Below are positions 1-8,051 of a stretch of 45,590 nt of DNA, piece after piece (position 1 is the stretch's first letter; every line of letters starts with the position of its first letter). The notes below the pieces were generated by a model. It worked only from the letters and a program-made list of their open reading frames with translations, searched no databases and was not told the origin of the DNA. The translations under genes and the position numbers were made by a program. This DNA is from a virus: the IMG/VR virus record IMGVR_UViG_3300031228_000012, positions 1-45,590 of that record; one strand, written 5' to 3'.

Positions 1-127
1 CGCGCTGGCCGGTATCTGGCGCCAGGCTGACGCTGCCCGCGATGCTGCGCTGAACGACGGCACGGTAGACGTCTCTGCGCTAGCCGACGAGCTGCTGCCG
101 CACCTACAGGGTGCGCTGGCAACCGTG
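1..127. repeat. 127-bp terminal direct repeat identical to 45464..45590 (circular-closure overlap)
   Basis: Read directly: 1-127 and 45464-45590 are the same string (cgcgctggccggtatctgg...gcgctggcaaccgtg). Confidence 0.95.
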
Positions 128-196
128 GTCGGGAAGAACAACCCGGCCCAGGCCAAGGCCGTGGCCGCTGAGATGGCTCGGCGGATGTCTACCTGA
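2..196 (+). CDS. Endolysin, C-terminal end (continuation of 44658..45590 across the circular junction; 5' partial in this window)
   Basis: The frame of the ORF starting at 44658 continues through the 127-bp repeat and stops at TGA 194-196 (..AAEMARRMST*). A strong terminator follows. Confidence 0.85.
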   Translation, partial: ALAGIWRQADAARDAALNDGTVDVSALADELLPHLQGALATVVGKNNPAQAKAVAAEMARRMST

Positions 197-213
197 CCCC
201 CAGAAACAAGAAA

Positions 214-263
214 AGCCCCCTCCCGGGAATCCAAACGGACTCCTGAGAGGGGGCTCTTTTTTT
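214..263. terminator. Bidirectional rho-independent terminator between the convergent endolysin and 268..492
   Basis: The agccccctc / gagggggct 9-bp GC stem has a T7 run on + and an A4 run upstream (T-run for - strand transcripts). Confidence 0.8.
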
Positions 264-267
264 GTAC

Positions 268-492
268 CTAGATGTCCCGGTCGCTAGCTCGCTGGTCCGG
301 GTCTCTCCGGCCCTGCTCAATGTTGTCGGCGTAGTCCCAGGCAGCCTGTTTGAGTTCATCGCTCAACATTCGCAGCATGTCTGCCCGATCATGCTTAGCA
401 GCCCAGACCACCCGCTGCGCTAAGCCCTCGATCTCCAGGCGACTAAAGCCGTCCATAAGCTGAGCCACCAGCTTGTGCGACACCTCACCCAT
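268..492 (-). CDS. Hypothetical protein (74 aa)
   Basis: Track ORF. GGGAGGAAA lies 4 nt upstream of the ATG. The gene ends at the terminator. Confidence 0.6.
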   Translation of the reverse strand: MGEVSHKLVAQLMDGFSRLEIEGLAQRVVWAAKHDRADMLRMLSDELKQAAWDYADNIEQGRRDPDQRASDRDI

Positions 493-722
493 CGTTTCCT
501 CCCGAGAAGTTGGTCGGAGACCAATCCACGCTCTATACGAGGGAACCCGGCCGTCTCGTCTAAGACAATCCGTTCGCGTTGAACTTCTTCCTCATCGGCG
601 CGGGCTTCATCCTCTGAGATGTGTATCGGCACTGGTTCCCGGTCAGTTACGATCCACTCTCCCGGCCCGTCTGCGTCCGCTCTGCCGGCACTGCTACAGA
701 TCCAGGACATAGAAGATCCCAC
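420..722 (-). CDS. Possible hypothetical protein (start uncertain, GTG 722 or ATG 710)
   Basis: Track ORF. It overlaps 268..492 by 73 nt, and the third-position GC I counted is only about 56%. Weak support. Confidence 0.25.
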   Translation of the reverse strand: MGSSMSWICSSAGRADADGPGEWIVTDREPVPIHISEDEARADEEEVQRERIVLDETAGFPRIERGLVSDQLLGRKRWVRCRTSWWLSLWTALVAWRSRA

Positions 723-810
723 CTGAGAGCCGTCCTACATCGCCTGGCTCCACCTGGTGGGAGTCAAGCGACCTTCTCAGCGCTTGAGCGCTGTCCGCTT
801 GGGTATTCAT
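694..810 (-). CDS. Possible small protein (38 aa)
   Basis: ATG is preceded by GAAGGA with a 7-nt spacer. It is below the track cutoff and its codon bias is modest. Confidence 0.3.
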   Translation of the reverse strand: MNTQADSAQALRRSLDSHQVEPGDVGRLSGGIFYVLDL

Positions 811-861
811 TGAGTTGTCCTTCGTGCACCTGCCCGGCTTGTCCGGGCGCGTTCCCTGAGG

Positions 862-1059
862 CTAACCGCTGGTGCGTGCTGTGTCACACACATCAACCAC
901 CGTGTACGTCGTATGGCCTACCAGAACGGTAGAGGCTCCAGCCTCCAGCAGGGAGGCCCCACGTGCCGCCTGGCGCTCCAGCTTCGGCTTGCACAGGTGG
1001 TTCCACCCCACAGCCAACCTGCGCAGCTCCTGGACCAGCTCATCCCTCGTTCCTCGCAT
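862..1059 (-). CDS. Hypothetical protein (65 aa) downstream of int
   Basis: Track ORF. Third-position GC is about 78% in this frame by my count. No clear SD. Confidence 0.4.
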   Translation of the reverse strand: MRGTRDELVQELRRLAVGWNHLCKPKLERQAARGASLLEAGASTVLVGHTTYTVVDVCDTARTSG

Positions 1060-1092
1060 GGAGGCGAGGGTACAAGGCGCGCCGACCCACTA

Positions 1093-2574
1093 TCAGCGCC
1101 GCTCTGCTGCCCGCACCGTCTCTTCGGTGTCGACGGAGTAGAGCTGCACACGGGGAGCACGGGAGGTTCCGGCCAGCGCCATTCGTAGCCCGGCGTTCCG
1201 CATCAGTTCTCCGCGCTGTGTCCAGGTGTCAAGATCTGAGGGGGCGTCTCCTGCCAGCTCCCACTTCTCCCGATACGTGACCCCTGTCGGAATCATTCTC
1301 CAGCCTGCGGACCTACTGGGGGCCTTCTCTAGCTCGCTACGGGCAGCCAGTAGTTCCGCCATCATGGAGTCGTACACCGCCAGGTCCTCGGGCGTGGTGA
1401 ACTCCCGCCTCTTGTACCGAGCGTCCCGCAGATCGGAGATGGACTCGCGGGTCTGCTCCAGCGCGTCGGAGTGGTCCTCCCCGGGCTCGAACTCCTTGCG
1501 GTGCACCTCCGTGGCGCCAACGGCGTCCAGGAACAGGTACTCTGCCCAGTCGTTGACCAGTTCCTCGGTGAGGTAGGTCTTGCACCCTGGCGTGTTGCAC
1601 TTGTACGCGGGCTGGCCCGCCTTGAACACCGAGCGGTAGACATGCTTCCCACAGTCGGCGCACTCTACCACCCCGAGCAGCGGGGTTCCTCCGTGCTTGC
1701 GGGTCTTGGGCCGCACCTTCCCGTCGAGCGTCTGCTGGAGCGTCTTCCACTCGGTGTCGGACAGGACCGGCTCCGCGATCTGCATCGGGAGCCCGTCCGC
1801 ACCACGGAGCGGGCGACCGTTGTGTAGCTTGTGTCCGCGCAGCGCCTCAGAGCGGAGCACGTTCCGCACCTGGACCTGGGTCCACCGGGTACCCCGGGGC
1901 TTCTTATTGGCAGCGGCACGGAGCCTGTCAGCGTTTGTGGGCACCCCGGTTTCGTTCAACCAGCCTGCTATCTGCTGACCCGACCATCCCCCCTCGGTGA
2001 CGAGCCGGTACATCTCGCGAACCACCCGAGACGTCGCCGGGTCCACGGCCAGTGTCCGGCCCGCCTCGCCCGCTACGATCGAGTACCCGTACGGGGCGTT
2101 CCCCCCGTGGAACCGGTCAGGCAGCTTCCGCACGTGGGCACGGGCCTGGAGCAGTCGCTCCTTGGTCCTCTGGACCTCCATGCCCGCGAACACCGCAGCG
2201 ATGTATGCCATCGCCTCGCCCATCGCGGTAGACAGGTCGAAGTTGTCGTCAGCGAAGATGAGGCCCTTGCCGTGCTCCTTGCACCACCGGATCATGTCCG
2301 TGAGGTCAGCGGGAGACCGCACCACGCGGTCAAGCTTCCAGAAGATCATTACGTCGAACTCGCTCGTGCGGTTCTTCATCCAGTCGCCAAGCTGTGGCCG
2401 GTCGATGGGCCGGAACTTCACGGCTGATACGTCCAGGTCCTCTGCGTGCCCAACGATCTCGAACTGGCGGTACACTGCCAGTCGGTCCAGCGTTTCTCGC
2501 TGGCGCTCGGGGGAGGTCGTGGTGTCTGTCATGCTCGACAGTCGGATGCCCGCGAGGGCTCTGGTCTGGGCCAT
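1093..2574 (-). CDS. int: Large serine recombinase (Bxb1-like integrase)
   Basis: The N-terminus TRALAGIRLSSMTDTTTSPERQRETLDR matches the Bxb1 Int N-terminus (MRALVVIRLSRVTDATTSPERQLE) as I recall it. A recombinase domain follows, then a Cys cluster (CADCGKHVYRS..YKCNTPGC) and a coiled-coil tail. Length is 493 aa. Confidence 0.93.
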   Translation of the reverse strand: MAQTRALAGIRLSSMTDTTTSPERQRETLDRLAVYRQFEIVGHAEDLDVSAVKFRPIDRPQLGDWMKNRTSEFDVMIFWKLDRVVRSPADLTDMIRWCKEHGKGLIFADDNFDLSTAMGEAMAYIAAVFAGMEVQRTKERLLQARAHVRKLPDRFHGGNAPYGYSIVAGEAGRTLAVDPATSRVVREMYRLVTEGGWSGQQIAGWLNETGVPTNADRLRAAANKKPRGTRWTQVQVRNVLRSEALRGHKLHNGRPLRGADGLPMQIAEPVLSDTEWKTLQQTLDGKVRPKTRKHGGTPLLGVVECADCGKHVYRSVFKAGQPAYKCNTPGCKTYLTEELVNDWAEYLFLDAVGATEVHRKEFEPGEDHSDALEQTRESISDLRDARYKRREFTTPEDLAVYDSMMAELLAARSELEKAPSRSAGWRMIPTGVTYREKWELAGDAPSDLDTWTQRGELMRNAGLRMALAGTSRAPRVQLYSVDTEETVRAAERR

Positions 2575-2748
2575 AACGACTACTGTAACACGGTAAAGTC
2601 GTCACCAAGACATTACCTCTTTCCAGCGAGAGAGATGTCCCGGTCAACCGCCAATTCTGTGACACGACTGCCAGCGAAATTCACCCGAACGTGTGTGGCA
2701 TACGGCTGGCCCCTTGTGTCCCCCACTCGGGTGTGGCAACACGGACAT

Positions 2749-3036
2749 ATGGAGCCATATCCTCCGCACGATGTGCATAGGTTTGATCAAGCACTGGAGA
2801 CCAACAAGAGACAGGTCATCAAAGGGGCGTCCGCTGTCCGGGACCGGGTCGACAAGGTCGGGACCTTGCGGGCTGTCCGGGAGATGTACGACGAGATCCG
2901 GCAAGGGGGGTCAACGACGCAGTATGACAGAGACACGCAGCTCATCACGGCCATGGTCATGATCTCAGAGGTACTGATCTGGGTCGGCAGTGACCAGGAC
3001 CAGGATGAGACCACCCCGAACAACGGCAACGGCTAA
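2749..3036 (+). CDS. Hypothetical protein, divergent from int. C-terminal hydrophobic segment LITAMVMISEVLIWVG. Upstream ATG 2635 also possible.
   Basis: Part of track ORF 2446..3036. Third-position GC rises from about 60% before 2749 to about 78% after it. The gene is followed directly by a terminator. No SD was seen at 2749. Confidence 0.55.
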   Translation: MEPYPPHDVHRFDQALETNKRQVIKGASAVRDRVDKVGTLRAVREMYDEIRQGGSTTQYDRDTQLITAMVMISEVLIWVGSDQDQDETTPNNGNG

Positions 3037-3056
3037 CAGACCCGGAAACGCAAAAA

Positions 3057-3097
3057 AGCCCCCTCCCAGGAACCCCGAAGGGAACCCGAGAGGGGGC
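3057..3097. terminator. Bidirectional terminator hairpin, near-identical arms to 214..263
   Basis: aaaaaagccccctccc...gagagggggcttggttgttg. It sits between the convergent 2749..3036 (+) and 3108..3389 (-). Confidence 0.75.
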
Positions 3098-3107
3098 TTG
3101 GTTGTTG

Positions 3108-3389
3108 TCAGTCGCTTATCTTCTGGACGCTAAGCTGGTCACCCGGCCTTAGCGCATGGACTTGGCGGGACATTGGGACCAGGGACTCGTCGGTCTCGGA
3201 GTCGAACAACCAGATCTCGACCGTGCGCCCAAGGAGTGATGGTTCCCACGGATCGACGTTGTCAACGTCTACGATCAGATCATCCAACGAATCGCCAACC
3301 CGCACCCGGTAGTTGCAGGGTCCGGTGTTTCCGATACGCTCCCCAGTGGTGACATCCACGGCCTGAATAAACCCACGCCGACTCTTCAT
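3108..3389 (-). CDS. Hypothetical protein (93 aa)
   Basis: Internal ATG of track ORF 3108..3473, preceded by GGGAGGGAGG. Confidence 0.65.
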   Translation of the reverse strand: MKSRRGFIQAVDVTTGERIGNTGPCNYRVRVGDSLDDLIVDVDNVDPWEPSLLGRTVEIWLFDSETDESLVPMSRQVHALRPGDQLSVQKISD

Positions 3390-3421
3390 AATACCTCCCT
3401 CCCACCATGGTAGAGGGTCTG

Positions 3422-3865
3422 TCAAAACTCGCCGGCAGACGCTTGGAGGCAGACCAGCCCGAGCGACCGCCACATGTCGACCACCTGCTGGCGGTCATCG
3501 AGCACGAGCCGGACGTTGTAGTTGTGCCGGATGTGCTTGTCGAACAGCTCCAGCTTCACTTCGTGGTCTTCCCGCTCGTCGCCATCCGCCCTCATGTACA
3601 GCTCCACGTCGTACGTCACCCACCTGCGGAGCCACCTCCTGGTGTCCGCCATGCCGACCTCATTCCGGGCGGTGATGAACACTGGCCGGATTCCCATGGC
3701 GTGCTGAAGGCTGAACACGACGTTGACGACCGGCTGTATCGGCAGGTCCTCCAGGACCCGTGTCATGTCATACGGCGACCGGGCCTGGCGCTGGGATACC
3801 GTGCCATCGATGTCCACAAGGACGACCTTGGGCTTGTCGATCAGGGGTTCATACTTGAGGGTCAC
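3422..3865 (-). CDS. HAD-superfamily phosphatase (polynucleotide 3'-phosphatase / nucleotidase-like)
   Basis: DxDxT motif VLVDIDGTV, then ITAR, a conserved K, and LDDR (HAD motifs I-IV). GTG start overlaps the upstream stop (GTGA). Confidence 0.8.
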   Translation of the reverse strand: MTLKYEPLIDKPKVVLVDIDGTVSQRQARSPYDMTRVLEDLPIQPVVNVVFSLQHAMGIRPVFITARNEVGMADTRRWLRRWVTYDVELYMRADGDEREDHEVKLELFDKHIRHNYNVRLVLDDRQQVVDMWRSLGLVCLQASAGEF

Positions 3866-4041
3866 GGCTGCTCCTCCTCGACTGAGTGCACCGTGACGCG
3901 GGTCCGATCGGGGTCACCGCTGCCCATGCGGGCAGCTTTGGTCATCGCCTCGTCCATGCTGGCGGCGTAGACGGTGACCGGGATTCCGCTCTCCGGGCCG
4001 CGATTGCTGCGGTAAACCGTGGTTTCGTACTTGGCGATCAT
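3862..4041 (-). CDS. Small hypothetical protein (59 aa)
   Basis: One codon below the track cutoff. AAAGGA RBS. GTGA and ATGA overlaps with both neighbours. Confidence 0.5.
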   Translation of the reverse strand: MIAKYETTVYRSNRGPESGIPVTVYAASMDEAMTKAARMGSGDPDRTRVTVHSVEEEQP

Positions 4042-4205
4042 TTGATGCCTGTCCTTTCGACTTCATCAGCGAAGTCCCTGAGCACCTGAGCCAGCACGGA
4101 GGCCGAGTCGTGTGCCAGGGCGGCCTGCGGGATATTCGCGACGTGCGCGGAAATGTCTCCGACCGTGATAATGAGCGGCACTCGGAGTTCGACCGGGATG
4201 TTCAC
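4038..4205 (-). CDS. Small hypothetical protein (55 aa)
   Basis: GTG start follows GGAGGAGGAG. 4-nt overlaps at both ends. Confidence 0.45.
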   Translation of the reverse strand: MNIPVELRVPLIITVGDISAHVANIPQAALAHDSASVLAQVLRDFADEVERTGIK

Positions 4206-4447
4206 TTCTCCTCCTCCAACGGCCAGTCCCGCGCTTTGGCGCGGGTCACCGTCGTTGTCATGGGGGCGTCGTTCTCGTCAAACTCGAAGCCGTGGGCGTA
4301 GACCTCGAACACGACCTGGTGCTCGCTGGCCCCGACCTCGGTCTCTAGCGGAATGGTGTTGGGGTCCACCCCGTGTGCCCTCGCGAAGTCGCACAGCTCC
4401 TCGCGGTGCGCGTTCACGAGCTGTGAGGTAACGGTGTAGGTCTTCAC
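4202..4447 (-). CDS. Hypothetical protein (81 aa)
   Basis: Track ORF in the coupled gene chain. Confidence 0.65.
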   Translation of the reverse strand: MKTYTVTSQLVNAHREELCDFARAHGVDPNTIPLETEVGASEHQVVFEVYAHGFEFDENDAPMTTTVTRAKARDWPLEEEK

Positions 4448-4689
4448 TGGCCCACCTCCGCAAGGTCCATGACGTACATGGCAAACTGCTCACTGCTGTA
4501 AAACCAGTCCCAGGTCCCACCGTCATCGCCGCCGAAGTGAACAATCGCTGCTCGGGCGAAAGCCTTCACCGCGACCTCGGCCATAGCCTCGTAGAAGTCG
4601 TACGCCTCTGGGGGCGTGCCGTCGATGCTGTGCATCTCGGCATCATGCTGCGACATAGCGGTCGCAACCTTGTCGATGATCTCGTTCAA
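4444..4689 (-). CDS. Hypothetical protein (81 aa)
   Basis: Track ORF. TTG start follows AAAGGAGGAGGAG. Confidence 0.65.
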   Translation of the reverse strand: MNEIIDKVATAMSQHDAEMHSIDGTPPEAYDFYEAMAEVAVKAFARAAIVHFGGDDGGTWDWFYSSEQFAMYVMDLAEVGQ

Positions 4690-4713
4690 TGTCTCCTCCT
4701 CCTTTGATCCACG

Positions 4714-4740
4714 AAAAGAGCCCCGCCGTAGCGGGGCCTC
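4714..4740 (-). terminator. Rho-independent terminator inside the leftward operon
   Basis: On the - strand: GAGGCCCCGC-TACG-GCGGGGCTC followed by TTTT. Confidence 0.65.
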
Positions 4741-4757
4741 TCGTGGCGTGCTGTTGC

Positions 4758-4982
4758 CTAGTGTCTAGCCGCTCGTGCCGTCTCGACCTGCGCTATGAGC
4801 CGGACCAGCCGCGCGTGTTCCCGGACGTAGTCAGGGTCGAGCGGGAGCCCGGTGTGGACCTGGAATCTGCGCCCGGTCTTACCGTTCGTGAGCCATGTAC
4901 CCACGGGGGCACCGATGACGCCCTCCCGGGTCTTCTGGGCACGGACGCAGTACAGGATCGGGTTACCGTGTTCGTCTAGCAT
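4758..4982 (-). CDS. Hypothetical protein (74 aa)
   Basis: Track ORF. Confidence 0.6.
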   Translation of the reverse strand: MLDEHGNPILYCVRAQKTREGVIGAPVGTWLTNGKTGRRFQVHTGLPLDPDYVREHARLVRLIAQVETARAARH

Positions 4983-5298
4983 CGCGCCTCCTGCGTCGTT
5001 CTTCGGTCTCCCGGCGCCGGATGGCTCCGGCCCACTGCATCGCTACGGCGGCAACCTGGATCAGTTCCTCGTAGAGCCTGTCGCTGTCCTCTTCAGACAC
5101 CGCCTCGTAGAACTCCTCGCGGAGGATGTCCGCCCACGTGACTGTCCCCGCTGTGGCTCGCCGGTCACACATTCGGCGCGCCGAGTCCGCGAGAACCCCG
5201 TAGTACAGACGACTAGTACCGTCCGGATGGTTCTGCTCGCCCCACCGCTCGTCCTGCCGGAACATCTCGGCGACGGCCTTCTCTACTTCCAGCCTCAC
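4963..5298 (-). CDS. MazG-like all-alpha nucleotide pyrophosphohydrolase
   Basis: GTG start overlaps the upstream stop (GTGA). Motifs W..ILREEFYEAVSEED and EELIQVAAVAMQW are typical of phage MazG-like NTP-PPases. Confidence 0.65.
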   Translation of the reverse strand: MRLEVEKAVAEMFRQDERWGEQNHPDGTSRLYYGVLADSARRMCDRRATAGTVTWADILREEFYEAVSEEDSDRLYEELIQVAAVAMQWAGAIRRRETEERRRRRDARRTR

Positions 5299-5741
5299 CA
5301 CTTGCCCTCCAGCCTTCCCTTGATGTACTCCGAGGCCATGATGTTGAAATAAGACGCAGCGGCGTGATCTTCGTCGGCTTCTCCGTTGAACCACTGCATG
5401 AAGTGGCGGAACGCAGAGGACTTGGCCCGCTCAAGGGCGGCCTCGTCCGAGAACTGCTCCCAATTTCGCGCCGCGTACCGTTCTGCCCCTCTCGACATGA
5501 GAGCGGCCCACCGGGTGAGCATCTGCTCCTCGTACGGGACAGCCTCGGGCTGTAGAAGATCGAACCTGGGCTTGCCAGTCTCTGTGTCCCGGATACCGCC
5601 TCCGGCGAAGTGGGTCTTCATACCGGAGCCCTTGGTGTCATACGGTGCGATGGTCAACTTCCCCTCCTTGGCAGCGGTGAAGATTTCCCGTTCCTGCTGG
5701 TACTCCCAGGGCTCATCGCTAGGCAGCATGTAATCAGCCAT
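5295..5741 (-). CDS. DUF5664-type dATP/dGTP pyrophosphohydrolase-domain protein
   Basis: KPRFDLL, GAERYAARNWE, FRHFMQW..GE.DEDHAAA signatures, recalled from the family. Confidence 0.65.
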   Translation of the reverse strand: MADYMLPSDEPWEYQQEREIFTAAKEGKLTIAPYDTKGSGMKTHFAGGGIRDTETGKPRFDLLQPEAVPYEEQMLTRWAALMSRGAERYAARNWEQFSDEAALERAKSSAFRHFMQWFNGEADEDHAAASYFNIMASEYIKGRLEGKW

Positions 5742-6115
5742 CAGAGCGCAGCCCCCAGGTTCCGAGCGATACGCTCGATCGCAGCTTCTAGGTCACACAG
5801 CGGGACCTCGATTAGAGACGACAGGTCGTCCAACGCGTCCTGGACGGCATCCTCCAGCTCATCGATTCGTGCCTCCAGGTCCCGGGTCTCTCCCTCCATG
5901 TAATCGATCGTGCAGTCCCGGTCTTCCAGGTCGGAATCCAAATCGTTGATCTCGGCATGGGCGTCCGTGAGTGCTAGCCCTCGTCGGTCGACCTGGGCGG
6001 TAAGCTCCTCGATCGTGTCGTCACGGTCGGCTAGCGTGAACTCCAGAGCCTGGACCTCGGCCTCAAGCTCCTCGATCCTGGACGTGCTGCTGAGCAGCAC
6101 ACGGTCAACAGTCAT
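5741..6115 (-). CDS. Acidic coiled-coil protein (124 aa)
   Basis: Internal ATG of the track ORF, preceded by AAGGAGGAGAA. Heptad-like, D/E/L-rich sequence. Confidence 0.65.
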   Translation of the reverse strand: MTVDRVLLSSTSRIEELEAEVQALEFTLADRDDTIEELTAQVDRRGLALTDAHAEINDLDSDLEDRDCTIDYMEGETRDLEARIDELEDAVQDALDDLSSLIEVPLCDLEAAIERIARNLGAAL

Positions 6116-6141
6116 TTCTCCTCCTTGTTTCGTGTTACCGG

Positions 6142-8016
6142 TCACCAAAGACCGGCTGCCTTGATTTCTGCATCCGCCTTCTCCCGCAGTTCCCAGTCCG
6201 GGTCTCCGTTCTCATCGACCTGGTACTCGGAACCCCAGTGCTTCCCTGCCACCACCGGGTCTGTGCTAACCAGCACCGGCCCCATCTGCTCGGTCATCAG
6301 CTCACCGATGCGGTTGGCGCCCCACTCCGCTTTCTCCCGAGGCAGCGAGACCACGACCTCGTCATGGACCGGCAGTCGCAGGTACGGGGTGAAACCGGCC
6401 TTGTGGAGCTTCACCAAGCCCCGGCAGGTGACGTCCCGAGACGTCGACTGCACGAGGTAGTTCAGCGCCGAGTAGGCCCTGTCCGCGTCGACCGGCAGCC
6501 TCCGGCCGGACGGAGTAGTGATGAATCCGTCCCGTCGTGCTTCCTTCTGGAGCTGCTTGGACAGCCGGGCAACACCCGGGTACGCCCTGTCGAACCCGTC
6601 GACCACTGTCTGCGCGGTCTCCTTGTCGAGGCCGGTCTGCTCCTGCACCGTCTTGACACCACCGCCGTAGACACGGCCGAAGTTCACGACCTTGGCGTAC
6701 TTCCTCTCCTTGCTGTCCTTGGTGATGTGCTCGCCAAAGGCAGCCCGAGCGGTGATGAGGTGAAGGTCTGCATCCCGGCTAAACGCCTCGATCATGTTGT
6801 GGTCACCCGAGAGGGCGGCCAGCACACGAAGCTCCTGCGCCTTGTAGTCGACCGAGGCGATGTCGTGCCCCGGGTCTGCCACGAAGCAGCGCCGGATCAT
6901 CCAGTCCGAGGACGGGAGTGTCTGCGCCGGAATCCCCGTGATGCTCATGCGAGCGGTACGCGCTCGCAGCGAGTTGATCGATGCATGGCACCGGCCGTGC
7001 TCGTCAGCCGTGGCAAGGAAAGTGTCGACCCAGGTCGACCTCCACTTGCCTGCCTTCTTGGCCTCCGTGATAGCGATGGCCAGCTCGTCCCCGGCCTCGA
7101 TGAGCGGCTTCAAGACCGCCTTGTCGACCTGGAACTTGCCGCTTGCTGTGCGCTTCTCCAGCTTCACTCCCCGCTGGATGAACGCCTCGGCTACCTGGTC
7201 CGTCGAGTTGACGTTCTCGACGCCCAGCGTTGCTGCGATCTCCTTGTACCGCTCCTCCTGCCCTAGCAACCACGCCGACAAACGCTCGGTATACTCCCGG
7301 TCGAGCAAGAACCCGGTCCGCTCCATGTACGAGCAGATCTCCGAGACCTCGTGCTCGAACGCGAGCAGCGGGCGGGACGATGCGGGCACGAGCGGCAGCG
7401 TCTTCTTCGCCAGCCGTGCGGCCAGAATCGGGTCCATGCCCGCGTAGAGCAGGTAGGTTGGGTCGAACAGGTCGACCTTCTCCCAGATCTTCGCCTTCGT
7501 GGTCTTGTACTGCCGGGCTAGCGCGGTCATCGAGCCCTTGACCTCGTCGGCCACGGCCGGGTCGATGTACGCCCGGGTAAGGGACTCAAGGCCGTGGCCG
7601 TAGCCACCTTCCTCTTGCCCCCGTGGGTCGACCAGGTGGGACACGATCTTGGTGTCCCTGACCTTCGGCCAGAGCTTTTCCATAGGTACACCAAGGTGTT
7701 TGTCCGCCTCCTGGAGGTCGAACGAGCCGTTCTGGAACCACAACTCGCTGACCCCGAGCAGGGTCCGCCGAGTGTCCTCGGCGAACTGACCGCCCAGCTC
7801 TACCGGGATGACCCACGACTCGTGCGCGGTGCCAAACTGCCAGAGCCGGGTACGGTGTCCCGGTGCGTAGGTATCGAGGCCCGTAGCCTCTGAGTCGGCA
7901 GCGAGGACCTTGACGTTGGCCCGGACGAATGTCCTGAAGTCCTCCAGGTCCTCTTCGACCTCAGCGACCTTGATCGAGACCGTGTCGCCGTCGACCTTGT
8001 GTCGGATCTCCTTCAT
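6142..8016 (-). CDS. DNA polymerase I (family A) with N-terminal 3'-5' exonuclease-like domain
   Basis: Motif A DYKAQELRVLA, motif B RKYAKVVNFGRVYGGG, motif C LPVHDEVV, Exo I-like AADSEATGLD. Confidence 0.95.
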   Translation of the reverse strand: MKEIRHKVDGDTVSIKVAEVEEDLEDFRTFVRANVKVLAADSEATGLDTYAPGHRTRLWQFGTAHESWVIPVELGGQFAEDTRRTLLGVSELWFQNGSFDLQEADKHLGVPMEKLWPKVRDTKIVSHLVDPRGQEEGGYGHGLESLTRAYIDPAVADEVKGSMTALARQYKTTKAKIWEKVDLFDPTYLLYAGMDPILAARLAKKTLPLVPASSRPLLAFEHEVSEICSYMERTGFLLDREYTERLSAWLLGQEERYKEIAATLGVENVNSTDQVAEAFIQRGVKLEKRTASGKFQVDKAVLKPLIEAGDELAIAITEAKKAGKWRSTWVDTFLATADEHGRCHASINSLRARTARMSITGIPAQTLPSSDWMIRRCFVADPGHDIASVDYKAQELRVLAALSGDHNMIEAFSRDADLHLITARAAFGEHITKDSKERKYAKVVNFGRVYGGGVKTVQEQTGLDKETAQTVVDGFDRAYPGVARLSKQLQKEARRDGFITTPSGRRLPVDADRAYSALNYLVQSTSRDVTCRGLVKLHKAGFTPYLRLPVHDEVVVSLPREKAEWGANRIGELMTEQMGPVLVSTDPVVAGKHWGSEYQVDENGDPDWELREKADAEIKAAGLW

Positions 8017-8051
8017 TGCTCCTCCTTCCGACTCGTTGGCATGGCTGGGAA

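Noticed and set aside
1-127. Biological direct terminal repeat (T7-like ends)
   Set aside because: The repeat lies inside the endolysin coding sequence. Its length equals a common assembler k-mer. The genome also carries the HNH-TerS-TerL arrangement of cos packaging. Not fully excluded without reads.
621-932. + strand ORF of 103 aa, whose frame showed the highest third-position GC in one 60-nt sample
   Set aside because: The product is Cys/Pro/Arg-rich and not protein-like. The periodicity is not sustained in 661-720. The ORF would be transcribed against both flanking terminator-bounded - strand genes.
3422-8016. 2-aminoadenine (Z-genome) biosynthesis cluster, suggested by a MazZ-like DUF5664 pyrophosphohydrolase next to a family A polymerase
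   Set aside because: No PurZ (adenylosuccinate-synthetase-like, about 340-370 aa) or DatZ (HD phosphohydrolase) ORF exists anywhere in the complete genome. The remaining genes are too small.
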